From: Bispira polyomma
Taxonomy: Eukaryota
Length of the DNA: 64,000 bases
Assembly (NCBI GenBank): GCA_965649765.1
Contig: OZ287749.1
Location: forward strand, 76,322,001 to 76,386,000
Direction: 5' to 3'
Shown here: piece after piece, positions 24,925 through 36,835 of the stretch
Position numbering within the stretch: position 1 is the first letter of the stretch
Layout: each line of letters begins with the position of its first letter
Notes under the pieces: generated by a model
Databases searched by the model: none
What the model was told of the DNA's origin: nothing
Seen by the model: the letters and a program-made list of their open reading frames with translations, nothing else
Made by a program: the position numbers and the translations under genes

Positions 24925-25581
24925 TTAGTGTGGTGCGGCACCATTGTTGCACTTATCGCCATCACAGAAGCAGTAGATGGCACCACCTTGGTAATGACAT
25001 CCGGTCTTGTAGGGGTTCACACCAAACTCGCCCTTGTAGCAACCTCTGAAGATGTCTCCATTGGGGTCCTTTCTGACATAGCAGTTGCTGGAGCAGTCCC
25101 ATACATCAAGACCAAACATCTCTGCTTCCTGACCACTGAATGGGCCCATACACTTGTCCCAGCCTCCATTGATGGTGTAAGGCACAGGTACATAGGTTTT
25201 CTTCACATAGCCTCCCTTTTGTTGTCCGTAACTATTTTTCTGCTGCTGTTGTTTGTATCCACTCTGCTGCTGTTGCTGGTGTGGTTGTTGTCCGTAGCCT
25301 TCACTGGACTGGTGTCCGTATCCTTGCTTGTTCTCTGTACCGTATTCCTTGCCGTATTTTACAGACTCTACAACGATCTTTTTACCATAGTAGGTCTTGG
25401 GTGGAGAGTATGCACACTGGTAGCAATTCTTTCCTTTCTTCTTGTAGGTCTTGGGCTGGTCCCCATAGCCTACTTGCTGCCCATATCCTTCCCCTTCTTC
25501 TCCTCCTGCATTAGACTGGTATCCAAAGCCATAACAAATGTCAATGATTACAGCAAGGCAGAGGAGAACCAAACCTTTCAT
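24925..25581 (-). CDS. Secreted Gly/Tyr/Gln/Lys-rich Ly6/three-finger (Quiver-like) protein, copy 1 (218 aa)
   Basis: Intronless ORF; signal peptide MKGLVLLCLAVIIDICYG; 10 mature Cys in LU spacing (CYQC...C...CSSNC...RGC...C...CFCDGDKCN); conserved in three copies; upstream TATA. Confidence 0.9.
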   Translation of the reverse strand: MKGLVLLCLAVIIDICYGFGYQSNAGGEEGEGYGQQVGYGDQPKTYKKKGKNCYQCAYSPPKTYYGKKIVVESVKYGKEYGTENKQGYGHQSSEGYGQQPHQQQQQSGYKQQQQKNSYGQQKGGYVKKTYVPVPYTINGGWDKCMGPFSGQEAEMFGLDVWDCSSNCYVRKDPNGDIFRGCYKGEFGVNPYKTGCHYQGGAIYCFCDGDKCNNGAAPH

Positions 25582-25685
25582 GGTTGATGATGGTTTTTGC
25601 AGTGTTTTCTAAAATCGGTTAATGTATTGTGAGCTGTTTTCAAGTGACTAAACTGTTCCATGGTCTGTATTGAGTTGTGTGTTGC

Positions 25686-25692
25686 TTATATA
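25686..25692 (-). promoter_or_regulatory. TATA box of Ly6-like copy 1
   Basis: TATATAAG about 105 bp upstream of the ATG, inside a block (GTGGACATGCCACTGAGATGCTAACTACCAGTATATAAGCAACAC) identical in all three copies. Confidence 0.7.
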
Positions 25693-27107
25693 CTGGTAGT
25701 TAGCATCTCAGTGGCATGTCCACTTTGTAAAGAATGTGACAGTAAAAAACAAGTAGCCATTTTTCAACAAAAAACATGGTCAGCGTATTTAAGTCAACCT
25801 TAATGTACAGGATGGGATTCTTGTTAAATAATAAAGTATTTGTTTTGGATTATAATATAATTTAAATTTGGAAGCATGTGTAATATTGAAAAGATATTTA
25901 AAGATTTGAATATAAAATGTAATATGTAGTCAATGGAGGTATAAATAGTCCAATTGACATCATTTTAAGTAATGGTAATCTTAACTATGAGATATATTTG
26001 ACAAAGTGTAACTAGCTGCAACCAAGTAACACTAATGCAAAACAAGCCAACACAACCTGCTACTGATGAAAAACGTTCATAAACAAATCAAGACTAGAAT
26101 TAAGTCATTAACCATTCATTCAGATTACACCAAAACTTATTTGACATTTAATTTGGTGAAGGGATAGGGACATGGGCCAAAGAAGAATCCATTGAATTTT
26201 GGAGCGAATAAAGTTAGTAAGATAGTGGTATTAAAGTATTTTAAACTTTTTAGCAGTGTGCCATCTTTGTGGCAGTATGTGCTCTACTGAGTGTCCTAGT
26301 AGTTAAGCAAAATAACTGTCCTCTTCACTCATTCCTGAAGAAAATTATGAATATGAAATAATAAGTTTTTTCAGGTATAAGGTGATCAAAAAAAAAAAAA
26401 AAAATTATATTATGTGTGATTTCACTTATATTGATTTACCCAGAAATATCATAATTTCTGAACTTATACCAAAGAAAATAATATTTGCAAGAATAATTTT
26501 ACAATATAAATGAAAGAGGTTATAAGTTTAAAAATACCAGTAGCTATTAAAAATCTCTATGTGCTATAACTACATATATTACAATATATAAGTTTCATTT
26601 AGGTGTAAGGTAATTTCTTCTGCAATGTGTTAATTACAGTTAATTCAACTTAAGTCAAGTGTCATTTCCAAAAGCATGACCTTTTTCATAATGATGAATG
26701 TGGTGTACATACTTAATAGAGCCACTGGTGCAAAATATTTAACTGCACCTTTATATATGAATATGTGTGTGTACAGGTTTTGTAATGTATTTCTGTCTAA
26801 AATATCTACTAGTTAAGGTTATTCCTAAACTTAAAATTATGTCCATTAGGCTACTCATTTGTCCTGTCACTGCATATTACATATTTACATTCAATTGTTT
26901 TTAAATATATTTTGAATATTACACAAGCTTCCCAATATACATAATAGGTTGTAATCCAAAAAACGAATTAGTTAACAAGAATCACAGCCTGTACATTAAG
27001 GTTGAAGTAAATACTCTGACCATGTTTTTTGTGTTACAATGGCTAGTTGTTTTTTTACTGTCACATTCTTTGGCAAGTGGACATGCCACTGAGATGCTAA
27101 CTACCAG

Positions 27108-27114
27108 TATATAA
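27108..27114 (+). promoter_or_regulatory. TATA box of Ly6-like copy 2
   Basis: TATATAAG about 120 bp upstream of ATG 27233, in the same conserved block. Confidence 0.7.
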
Positions 27115-27232
27115 GCAACACCCGGCTCAACACAGACCACAAAACAGTTTTGTTACTTGAAAACAGCTAAGAAGTATATAATACACTACAAAACAGATTT
27201 AAGTAAACACTGTGCTAAAATCACCATCAACC

Positions 27233-27856
27233 ATGAAAGGTTTAGTTCTCCTCTGCCTTGCTGTAATCATTGAAGTTTGTTATGGCTTTGGATACCAGTC
27301 TAATTCAGGAGGAGGGGGAGGATATGGGCAGCAAGTAAGCTATGGGTACCAGCCCAAGACCTACAAGAAGAAAGGCAAGAATTGCTACCAGTGTGCATAC
27401 TCTCCACCCAAGACCTACTATGGTAAGAAAGTCGTTGTTGAGTCTGTAAAATACGGCAAGGATTACGGTACAGAGAACAAGCAAGGATACGGACACCAGT
27501 CCAGTGAAGGCTATGGACAACAACCACATCAGCAACAACAGAAAGGAGGCTACGGACAGCAAAAGGGAGGCTATGTGAAGAAAACCTATGTACCTGTGCC
27601 TTACACTGTCAATGGAGGCTGGGACAAGTGTATGGGCCCATTCAGTGGTCAGGAAGCAGAGATGTTTGGTCTTGATGTATGGGACTGCTCCAGCAACTGC
27701 TATGTCAGAAAGGACCCCAATGGAGACATCTTCAGAGGCTGCTACAAGGGCGAGTTTGGTGTGAACCCATACAAGACCGGATGTCATTACCAAGGTGGTG
27801 CCATCTACTGCTTCTGTGATGGTGATAAATGCAACAATGGTGCAGCACCTCACTAA
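27233..27856 (+). CDS. Secreted Gly/Tyr/Gln/Lys-rich Ly6/three-finger (Quiver-like) protein, copy 2 (207 aa)
   Basis: ATG at 27233 in ACCATG context (the ORF-track start at 27212 is non-ATG); same signal peptide and Cys framework as copy 1. Confidence 0.9.
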   Translation: MKGLVLLCLAVIIEVCYGFGYQSNSGGGGGYGQQVSYGYQPKTYKKKGKNCYQCAYSPPKTYYGKKVVVESVKYGKDYGTENKQGYGHQSSEGYGQQPHQQQQKGGYGQQKGGYVKKTYVPVPYTVNGGWDKCMGPFSGQEAEMFGLDVWDCSSNCYVRKDPNGDIFRGCYKGEFGVNPYKTGCHYQGGAIYCFCDGDKCNNGAAPH

Positions 27857-30364
27857 GGTCATAAAGAAGATTTTAGCATATTGTCCTTCTTGTGTGTGTT
27901 TCTTTTTGTATTACAATTTGAGCTATCCAAGAATTGATCTATTATTAGTATTATGTTTGTTCAAGTGTGACAAACTACAACGTTCCACTGTGAGGACATT
28001 GTACTTTTACTTTTCATCAAGTTTAAGAGAAAGTGTATTAGTTTTATAATATGTAATCAAATTATCAGGTGAACAGAGACAATTACTTCAAAATAATTGA
28101 GTGTCTATCAAATTTGTTGATTTTTCTAGACCATATGGTCAATACTAAAGGAACACCCACAAAGCACAAAGCAATGATACTTAAACTGTTTGATACCATA
28201 AAATGAAAATGAAATTCTACGCCAAAGTATATTATGTCCCTTGGGAGATAAACAAGATAACCCAATACAAGGCATAAATATATTATATATTTACGAAACA
28301 ATCATATTAGATTGAGAAATGTTTCGTGGCAAATAAATTCATGTCTAAACATGCTATATTGATGAGCAAAGAGGCTTAATATCCAAGGGACACATTTATT
28401 GCCTGGGAATTTTCATTCATTTTAAAATATCTCAAACTTATGCAATGTTTTAGGGGTTTACTTGTTTATATATTACTATTGATTTGTTGTTGAAAGTATA
28501 CTTTTATATCTTGTATGTTTCATCAATTTAATAAATTACATTAAAACTTGGTAGAATTCAATACAATACATGTGTCATACTTTTGTATACTTCATTGACT
28601 TTTTTGTGTACTCTTATTAATATTAGTGTTAAATAAATCAGCAAAGTGTATGTGCAGATTGACACTTTCCAAGGCTATAGATATATCTATAGAGCCTGTA
28701 CTGAGCAGCTATTATTGTCTATACCTATTACTTCTATAGAGCCACAATCGATAATTCGGAATCCGCTGCCGTGCACATCACAATCACTATGCAAAGGAAT
28801 AGTCAGATCGGAGAAAAAGTCTGTGATCAGAGTTCAGTCGTGACCAGTAGGCGAAATTGAATAGAAGAGCAAGTTGATTATACTGTTTGTTTGCAAACAC
28901 CTAAAGTACGGCCAGGGGGCAGACTAAACCTCTAAAACATGTCGTGTGACCTTGTTTGGACCAATACTCAGGCTTTTTGAACCACTAACTCAATCTGAAC
29001 CAAGGAACACTAATGGGATAGAGTCATCAACTCTGATAGCTAACTAAACGTCCCAGATATATAATTGTAACATAGTATGCAGTCTCCAATGGTTAGTGAG
29101 TTGGTCTGGTGATCAGATCAGATTGTTAGGGAAGTTAGTCACAAGTTAATCACAAATGCCCTGGTTCGACTTCTGCTGACGGCTCTTGGTTCATTGGTGG
29201 AATAACATACTTTGGCAGGATGTGAACTAGCCAGAGCCTACTCATGAGACTGAGACTATGTTTTTTTAACTTTTTTGGACAGACATAGATCACAAACCTC
29301 TTAATCATCTTCCAATTGGTATACCATCTAAACAATGAATTTATGTCTTATGACATGCACATTTCAACCAATCATTCACCTATAATGTTAGACTGCAAAT
29401 CTTGGAATTTCCTTTTTGGCCAACTTGATTGCTTAAATCATATTCATCGGTCGATAAAATAGGATAAAAATAAATAACAATCTTTGTGAATACAACCCAA
29501 AATGTTAAGAATATCATGTATTGTAAGGAAAAAATGACTGACGATATAACAAAAAATATCTGCGTTTATAGCAAAATCCTATAATATAACAAAAATGCCC
29601 TATATTATAACAAACTTTAATCAAATTTCTATGACCTGTGGATAATCTGTGTATAAACACGACTTGAATAAATTCTGAAGAAAAAAGTGATTACACAGCA
29701 CCCATGTATACGTCATATGAATGAATATGACAAGGAAAAGCTTCAAAACACAAACATCAAGCTCCGGGACATATGGGTGTTCACATGTATATATTTTTGA
29801 GACATTTGTGGTAGTAAATAAAAACCCTGCTGTCTGATATATGTCATAAAATTTAAAAATTAGAAATCAATTTTGCTAAAAGCCTGTTCAAAATCATATT
29901 TTGGTTGAGAAAACCTAGGCATAACAAAAACAACAAATCGTTCAATAGTTTTATTATACAGCTGTACCATACAACTTGCAGCAACTGTGATGATATTCAC
30001 AATGCAGTGGCCAAGTCGAAGTTCTCTTAAACTGTACAAATTGAATTTCTGTACCTGATGCTAGGCTAAATAGGGCATTATGTGGAGGAGAACTGTCGAG
30101 AATCAGGAGTTTCTTTAAAATTAATAGTCCCAGTCGAACGATTTGAGGCAATTCTATGACTCAAACTGCTGAAACCTAAGGTGACAGCAACAAATTGTAT
30201 TTTTTAGTGTTGTTCAAAGTTTGAATCTCCAAAAACACATACCCATTATATATATAAATAAAGGTAAGATGATAAAATTTTATTTAAATTTAATTTTATA
30301 TATAATTTTGATGAATAAATGTAATATGTATTTAAAAGTTAATGAATATGATGTACCAATGTAA

Positions 30365-31179
30365 AGTGGTGGTTCCATATTCAAGTTAGATTGGCAAAAT
30401 GGGCTCGATTTTAAAGTCGAAAAGGTTGGGCGGAAAAAGACAGGAAAATGAAAATGTGGGGCGACTTTCCCGATCAAATTGATTGCGCCCCGTGTTGACG
30501 GGACATCTACCACGATCGAACTTGAGGTCTGTACTAAAACTTCCCCGGTGCTCCCCAACCTAGGTTAAGATCGAACTTACTGGCGATAGAATCTGACGAA
30601 TCAGCCTAGGATCAAATATGATCTGACAGATTCATATCCCCGACCATAAGGATCAAATTTCTGAAAAGTCAAAATGTGCTAAAATATAAGAAAAAATAAC
30701 TTTAGACCACATTTTTGATGAAAGTTTGTTGCAAAAACGTTTTATCGTTCATAAACTGCACCGGAAGTGGGTTTGATGTCGCAAAGGTAAACAACTGTTA
30801 AACTGATGTCTGTTATCGGGACTATTATGGTAAAATATCTGACAAAATGGGTTTAAATAACAAGTTATGTGTTTTCAAACATATATTCTTCCCGACCTTC
30901 CAGACCACCCCGTTTTCACCCCTCGACCAATTCGTTTGAACTGGCCAGTGATAGGACAGGCCTGGAGTGAGATAAGACCAATCAGTCAGAACATAATGAC
31001 AATCCAATGGAACTTATTCGCCAAAGCGGACCTTCCCGTTTTTAGAGGTCGAATATTCTTCTTAACCTTCCCGACCACCCCGTTTTCGCCCCCTGATCTA
31101 TACATATCGCCGCTTTTCCTGTTATCGATCACAAAGTCGGGATAGTCGGGGACCAAATCCTGATAGTGAAACCACCATT
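30365..31179 (-). mobile_element. Non-autonomous internally deleted derivative of the PIF/Harbinger family at 44.4-49.6 kb
   Basis: TIR AGTGGTGGTTCCATAT / ATAGTGAAACCACCATT flanked by TAA/TTA. 30365-30660 matches the reverse complement of 49270-49597, and 30880-31100 matches the reverse complement of 44440-44510. Confidence 0.8.
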
Positions 31180-31304
31180 TTAATTTGAACTGACAAATTT
31201 ATTAAACAAGGTCATTCATTAAATGAACTAATAGAAATGCATTTGCACATGAGAACATGGCTCCTTAATCCTTCTCAAAGCATGTCCTTTTTAGTGCACG
31301 TTGT

Positions 31305-31934
31305 GGCCTGGTCACCCCTACATGTGCTAACGTCCCTCAATGTAGCAAAGCATATAAACTAAAAACGTGGGAGCTTCGTGTCAAAGTGACGTCATTTTCA
31401 TAAAGGGGGAGTCGATTGTGAGGTTTTTGTGACGTTTTATGATGTTCCGTGACGATGTTGGTACTTGTACACACGAAGAGGAGGCAAAAAACGGTCCCTT
31501 AACTGGTAGGGTATAACTACCTACAACTAGGTAGAGCTAATGTACTGCTACTTACGGCTGCATTCTGCTGCCTTCTGCTACTTAGTGAAACTTTTGCGAC
31601 TAACGGAGACGATCTCACTATTTACTGGGACTTCCTCGCTACCTACTACTACATATAGCTACTTACTGATACGTCTATGCTACTTTCGGAAACGTTCAGG
31701 GACGAACAGAGAAACGGGGAGAAATGGGAGCTGTGACTGTAATGTTTCAAACAGTTTGAAGCAGTACACGAAAAAGACGAAACGGAGACGTTTCCGGAAC
31801 GATATCATCTGTCGCAAAACGTAAAGAAACAATCACAGAAGGGATCCTTACTTCCTACTATGTTTCAAAACGTTTCTAAAATTAACACAACGTGACACAA
31901 ACTTAGCTCCAGAATGTGTAGGTGTGACCAGGAC
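31305..31934. mobile_element. MITE with TIRs (Harbinger-type ends)
   Basis: GGCCTGGTCACCCCTACA vs TGTAGGTGTGACCAGGAC (16/18 inverted match). Confidence 0.6.
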
Positions 31935-32643
31935 ATAAGTGAGCATTAGTGGATATTCATCAGTGAACCTCTCAGATTGTGAAAAATTGTTGGTGAGTTA
32001 TGTCCAATTATTAATACATTTTCATAAGTCTGTGTTGCTCGGTAAAAAATGGTTACAATTAGGGAATGTGTATTCATTGCAATTTGTATAAAAATGTTGT
32101 GATTTTATCTCATATTAATGTCGTGATTGTGTCAATAAGCATCAGTTAGTGACCATTCGTTGGTATTAGTGAGGATTTGTTGCAAGTTGTATCACAAATG
32201 GGCAGTTAGTCGGGATTAGTGGGAAATTGTGTACAAAAGCCATAAATACTGGCAATGCTGCCATTATTGAACAAACTTCTGTGCAGAGCAGATGTAGTCT
32301 TAAAAAAATTGTATTTAAATTTTAGAATTGCCATCCATTTGGGTTCCTATCCCTTGAACACAGGTTGACACTTCGTGATATTTGTACTGGCTTGTGAACT
32401 GTTAGTCTGGGTCACAACAGAAGTGACTTGAGGCTTCACTCTTCCTACCTCTGGTGACATGCTGACCTTCCTCTTTGACTCTGTTTAAAAGTTCCTTTGT
32501 TTCTGGCTTTGTTTCATCTCCTGAAGAGTTATATTGTGGGTGTGTGCCTGTGGAACACTGCTTGGAGCGCACCACCCCCTCATCTGCTACTCCTAATGGG
32601 ATTTCGCCTCAGATGTTTCTCATAGAATGGGCAACCATGGTTA

Positions 32644-33890
32644 TGTAAACAACAAAAATTACTTAGCTCTGCTGTAAACTTATAAAGAGGATTGAAGCAG
32701 ATAGAGGGTCCCGGTCCAGATCAATTCGGGTAAATTTCAACCCTCCTTCAGAGGTGGTTTGAAGCAGATTGAGCCAACCCTCTATGTAGTGTGAACGCTC
32801 TCAATCCGGGTTGAGTGGGGTTACAATGGGGAGTACTGTAAAGTTTGAGATTTAAGCTGGGTGGGCTTGTATAGATCGAATTCATCACTGTTTTAGAGAG
32901 AAAGGCTTTTCTGAAATGGGGCATATTGAATTCGTGGTGGATTACTGTTTTTTATAAAGCTTAACTTCTTTGGTGGGAAGTATAGTAAAGTGTATACATT
33001 TTAATCAAGGAACATCAAAATTGTAATCAAATAAACTGTGTTAAATAAAATAAATTACATTTTTAATTGGGCCTTATTCAATTAGTTTTTGGTGATTAAT
33101 CTTTGTTCAAGCTTAACTTGTTTGATGTAGCTTAATTACACAAATAGAAACTTCTTATGTTTTATTGCTATTCGCCTTTTGCTCAGGTTTAAGGGACTGA
33201 CACAAATTACTGTAAATATTCTGATTCATTAGAACAAATCAAATTTACCTTTTTCATAGTTTTGTGTAAAACATTGCTTATCAATGAACTAAGGAAATTA
33301 ATTTCCCCCATAAAACATTTTATTTAACTAACAGATATATGACCCCACACAAATATACACGGTTTTACTGTATTTAATTCTCAACACCTGCCCCATAAAA
33401 CAGCAAGTCTTTAAACCCCAGATTATGTTTTCTAGTCTGGACACTAAACCCGGATTCAGCTTAATCCGGTTCGATCCCGAATCTGGGTCAATCGGGATTA
33501 GTCTAAACAGGGCCTTAATAGTCCAGCACATTAACATTTGAGCTAAAGGGGAAACCCCCAAAGCCTGAGTGTTTAATGCACTGATACACACATATATTAC
33601 ATGTCTCTCCCCCTACAAAGACCTGACCACAGGTCTTATATACTGCTACCACATTTATTCTATTAACTTACTTGGCTTATGAGAGGGGGATCTTACAACT
33701 GAACTCCAATCTGTAAACAACAGAAGTTACTTAGCTCAGCTGTAAACTTTAAAAAGGACTTGCTACTGCTGGAATTCGATCCTGGGCTGTCATGGATTTT
33801 GAAATTAATAGTCCATTACACCAACAGTTGAGCTAAAGATGAAACCAAAAAACTGGAGTGTTTAATTCACTGATATACACGGATATTACA
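32644..33890 (-). mobile_element. Miniature non-autonomous LTR retrotransposon (TRIM) with tRNA-like sequence in its LTRs; 3' LTR interrupted by a truncated DNA-transposon fragment (about 32692-33514)
   Basis: LTRs TGTAA...TTACA at 33712-33890 and 32644-33601 (split); 4-bp TSD GTTA on both sides; 110-bp interior with a TGG-starting PBS-like site (33708) and PPT AGGGGGAGAGA (about 33604-33614); A-box/B-box-like motifs in the LTR. Confidence 0.75.
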
Positions 33891-34567
33891 GTTATAATGT
33901 GACAACTGATCTCGGCTGAGTAATTGAACTCTATCTGTGCCATATGCAGGGGTATGCTATGGAATTTTGATTTAGGGGGCTGTATTACTTAGCCATGTAA
34001 GGAACTTAAGTGTTAGGCTAGAATGTGGCCTGGCCCTGATACTTTAATATATCGGGACTGAACTTAAAAATTGTGTATTGGGAGGTGGCTTTAGCCAGCA
34101 TGCTCATCGGGGGGTGAACCTTAAAACTCCACCACCATAGCCCTGGAAAGATTACTTCAAGAAAAGCATTTTGTTTTGACAACAAGTGTAATATTATTCT
34201 TAATTGGTTAAAACACTCTCTACAAATCTCATTGGTTGACCTTGTGGGTCACTGCTTGTGTTGTGGGTATTTTCCTCACTTTGAAATTACAAACTGAGGT
34301 ATCAACAGCTGTAGTCTGCTTAAATTGGACGCCATTGTACTATTTTAACATTTACAAACTTTTTAGTTGTGATACTGGACTATTTTATCATTTATTGGAC
34401 TGTTCAAGTGTTTTATGATTGATACACACATTCATTTGTACGTGGTAAGTGTTTTATAGTGACAGTGCAGGAGACAAAGTATATTGAACAATATAGTTTA
34501 TCATGGTCCGGTCCGTCAATGTATATGTTGCTGTATTTTATATACAAAGAAATGAACAGTAAATTGC

Positions 34568-35838
34568 AGGGTAATCATAGATCTGAGTTGGCCGGAAGGT
34601 GGTAGTGTAAATGGGGGTGTCCTGAAGGACTCCTACTTAGGTACCAAATTTATCCTTACATTTCCTTCAGTTGATAATATAGTAGAGCAAGTGAAGTCCT
34701 TTGGAAAGGGCTCACATATATACAAGATAGATATTTCTAGGGCATTTAGGCATGTCAAGATAGATCCCAAAGACTATGATTTGTTAGGCCTCTACTAGAA
34801 AGACTTCTATACTGACACATGTCTTCCCTTTGGGTCTAGGCATGGTAGCCAGATCTTTCAGAGAATTAGTGATGGAGTAAGGTATATCATGAGTAAAAAT
34901 AACCACAAGATTATCAATTATATTGATGATTTAATAGGCTGTGGTGTACCCAGCAAAGCTAAGGCAGCGAATGACTTCCTGTACCAATTACTAGGTGAGT
35001 TAGGTCTTACCATCAGTGCAAAAAAGTTAGTTCCACCAAGTACACAATGCATATGTTTAGGAGTACTAATTGACATTGTACAAGGTACCATTTCTATTCC
35101 TGTAGACAAACTAGAAATCAAAGTCAAAACTTGTGCCACTTGGTAGGATTTTGAGGTAACCACAAAAAGAAAACTGCAGTCATTATTAGGTTCTCTCTTA
35201 TATGTCGCAAAATGCTGCAAGCCAGCTCGCATTTTCCTGAACAGAATGTTGACTACTCTTAGAGCTGCTAGTAATCCGAAGCGTATTGTACCAGATGAAG
35301 AATTCCACAGGGATGTTAATTGGTTTCAGTCTTTTGTAGCTCAGTACAATGGTGTCACCTTCTTTAACCACAAGCCGGTGGCTGCAGTCATTGAATTAGA
35401 CGCATGTTTAACTGGGGTAGGGGCCAGGTATGGGGATAGGTTATACACTCTACCAATTCCCCAGTCCATCCAAAGTATCGGATAGTCAGACTAGAAATGG
35501 TAAATATTGTGGTGGCTTTGAAGGTGTGGGGTAGTTACTGGAAAGACAGCAAAGTGGTTATCCGTTCTGACAATAGTGCAGTAGTATCAGTGTTAAACAC
35601 AGGTAGGACTCGAGACAAATACCTTGCAGCTTGTGCAAGGAATGTATTTCTCCTTACAGCTAGGCACAACATAGACTTAAAGGTAGTGCACATTTTAGGC
35701 ATTAATAATGCAGTGGCTGATACACTATCCAGGTGGATGGGCTCCAAATCTCAGTGGCAAATAATAAACAGGCATGTTAATGATCCTGTTTGGTGTGACC
35801 TTAAGCAAGAGGCCTTCCACCTGGATTGGTCCATATAG
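34568..35838 (+). pseudogene. Reverse transcriptase / RNase H of the YR retroelement (disrupted)
   Basis: RVIIDLSWP, YKIDISRAFRH, LPFGSRHGSQIFQRISD, NYIDD, LQSLLGSL, IELDACLTGVG, IRSDNSAVV, NAVADTLSRW; stops at about 34796, 35144 and 35483 plus a frameshift before 35497. Confidence 0.9.
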
Positions 35839-35869
35839 ATTAAACATTATTGTAGGTACTACTCCAGTC

Positions 35870-36835
35870 ATGAAGGCCCTGACCACTGGTGCCATTGGGA
35901 GGCTCACAGGAGCATTCAGGCCGTCTACACAACGAGCCTATACGGCTATGTTTAGAAACTTCTTAGGGTTTTGCTGCTTCACAGCTATTTCAGTGCATAG
36001 AATTACAGTCCATGTCTTATTGGCATTCATGGAATTCTTGGCCTACAATAAGACCTCTCCATCTCAAGTGGCCAATTACATGGCAGCTATTAAGTCCAGT
36101 TTATCAGTATATAGCCTACCAGTTCATGTGTTTTCGGATAATAGGATCAAATTGTTCCAAAAGTCATTGTTACTAAACAGACCACTCACTGTAAAAATGA
36201 AAGGCATATTCCAAGTGCAGGACTTGGAAAAAATTGTCCAGTTGTCTGACACTATGTTTATGGGTCAGGTGTATAAATCCATTTATTTGTTAGCATTTTT
36301 TGCTTTCTTTCGTATTTCAAATCTAGTTCCACATGCAAATGAACCATTTGATCCATCGGTTCACTTGGCCAGAGGAGACATCTTTTTTGCTCCACCAGGG
36401 CTGCAAGTACTACTGAAATGGTCAAAGACCATGCAATCAAAGAATAAGGTTCAGCCAATTAAAGTTCCCTCACTAGGTGGGTCTCCAATATGTCCTGTAA
36501 GTGCAGTAAAAAATGTATTGTCCCTTACATCTGGGGGAAAAAATCACTAGTTATTCCAGATTAAGAAAGCAGGTGGTTGGAGTCCACTAAATGATAACAT
36601 GGTTAGGCAACATTTAAAGAAAGTGGTATTGGCTTTAGCGCTAGATCCTTCTACTCACCCCTTTCATACCTTCAGGCATTCAGGTACCACCTTGGCATTC
36701 AACTCTAACGTTCCAATACAACAGATCCAAAAACATGGTACCTGGACGTCTGATTACGTCTGGAAATATATTGTAGACACCCAGGACTCGGCTACCCAGG
36801 TGGCTACTACCTTTCAAAATCTACTTTCTCAATAA
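35870..36835 (+). pseudogene. Tyrosine recombinase of the YR retroelement (one in-frame TAG at 36548-36550)
   Basis: FFRISNL (R), KWSKT (K), CPVSA, HTFR (HxxR), HGTW, WKY (catalytic Y); ORFs 35774-36550 and 36599-36835 are in the same frame. Confidence 0.9.

Larger units (their letters stand above)
22610..30075. repeat. Large inverted segmental duplication (arms about 22610-26000 and 26810-30075) carrying Ly6-like copies 1 and 2 head-to-head
   Basis: Reverse-complement matches: 22621 TTTAGCCTAGCAT..AGAAATTCAATTTGTACAGTTTAAGAGAA vs 30021-30070; 22761-22830 vs 29860-29940; 23740-23765 vs 28935-28965; promoters 25600-26000 vs 26810-27230. Confidence 0.85.
34568..36835 (+). mobile_element. Degenerate, 5'-truncated DIRS-order (Ngaro-like) tyrosine-recombinase retrotransposon
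   Basis: RT-RNaseH followed by an overlapping YR ORF on the same strand, with no methyltransferase; multiple stops and a frameshift; 3' non-coding part may extend to about 38100. Confidence 0.9.

Noticed and set aside
24910-25587. Long antisense ORFs over the Ly6-like genes (also 27305-27862 and 40350-40910)
   Set aside because: Shadow ORFs of a compositionally biased sense frame; starts and ends are not conserved among copies.
21590-26300. Fragments resembling Helentron-associated non-autonomous repeats (about 21600-21690, 22400-22600, 26100-26300; also 44050-44390 and 50000-50350)
   Set aside because: A related dispersed repeat is likely, but the copies are too degraded to define boundaries or class.
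35774-36835. Bacterial/phage integrase or contamination
   Set aside because: Directly linked to DIRS-type RT/RNase H in eukaryotic repeat-rich DNA.
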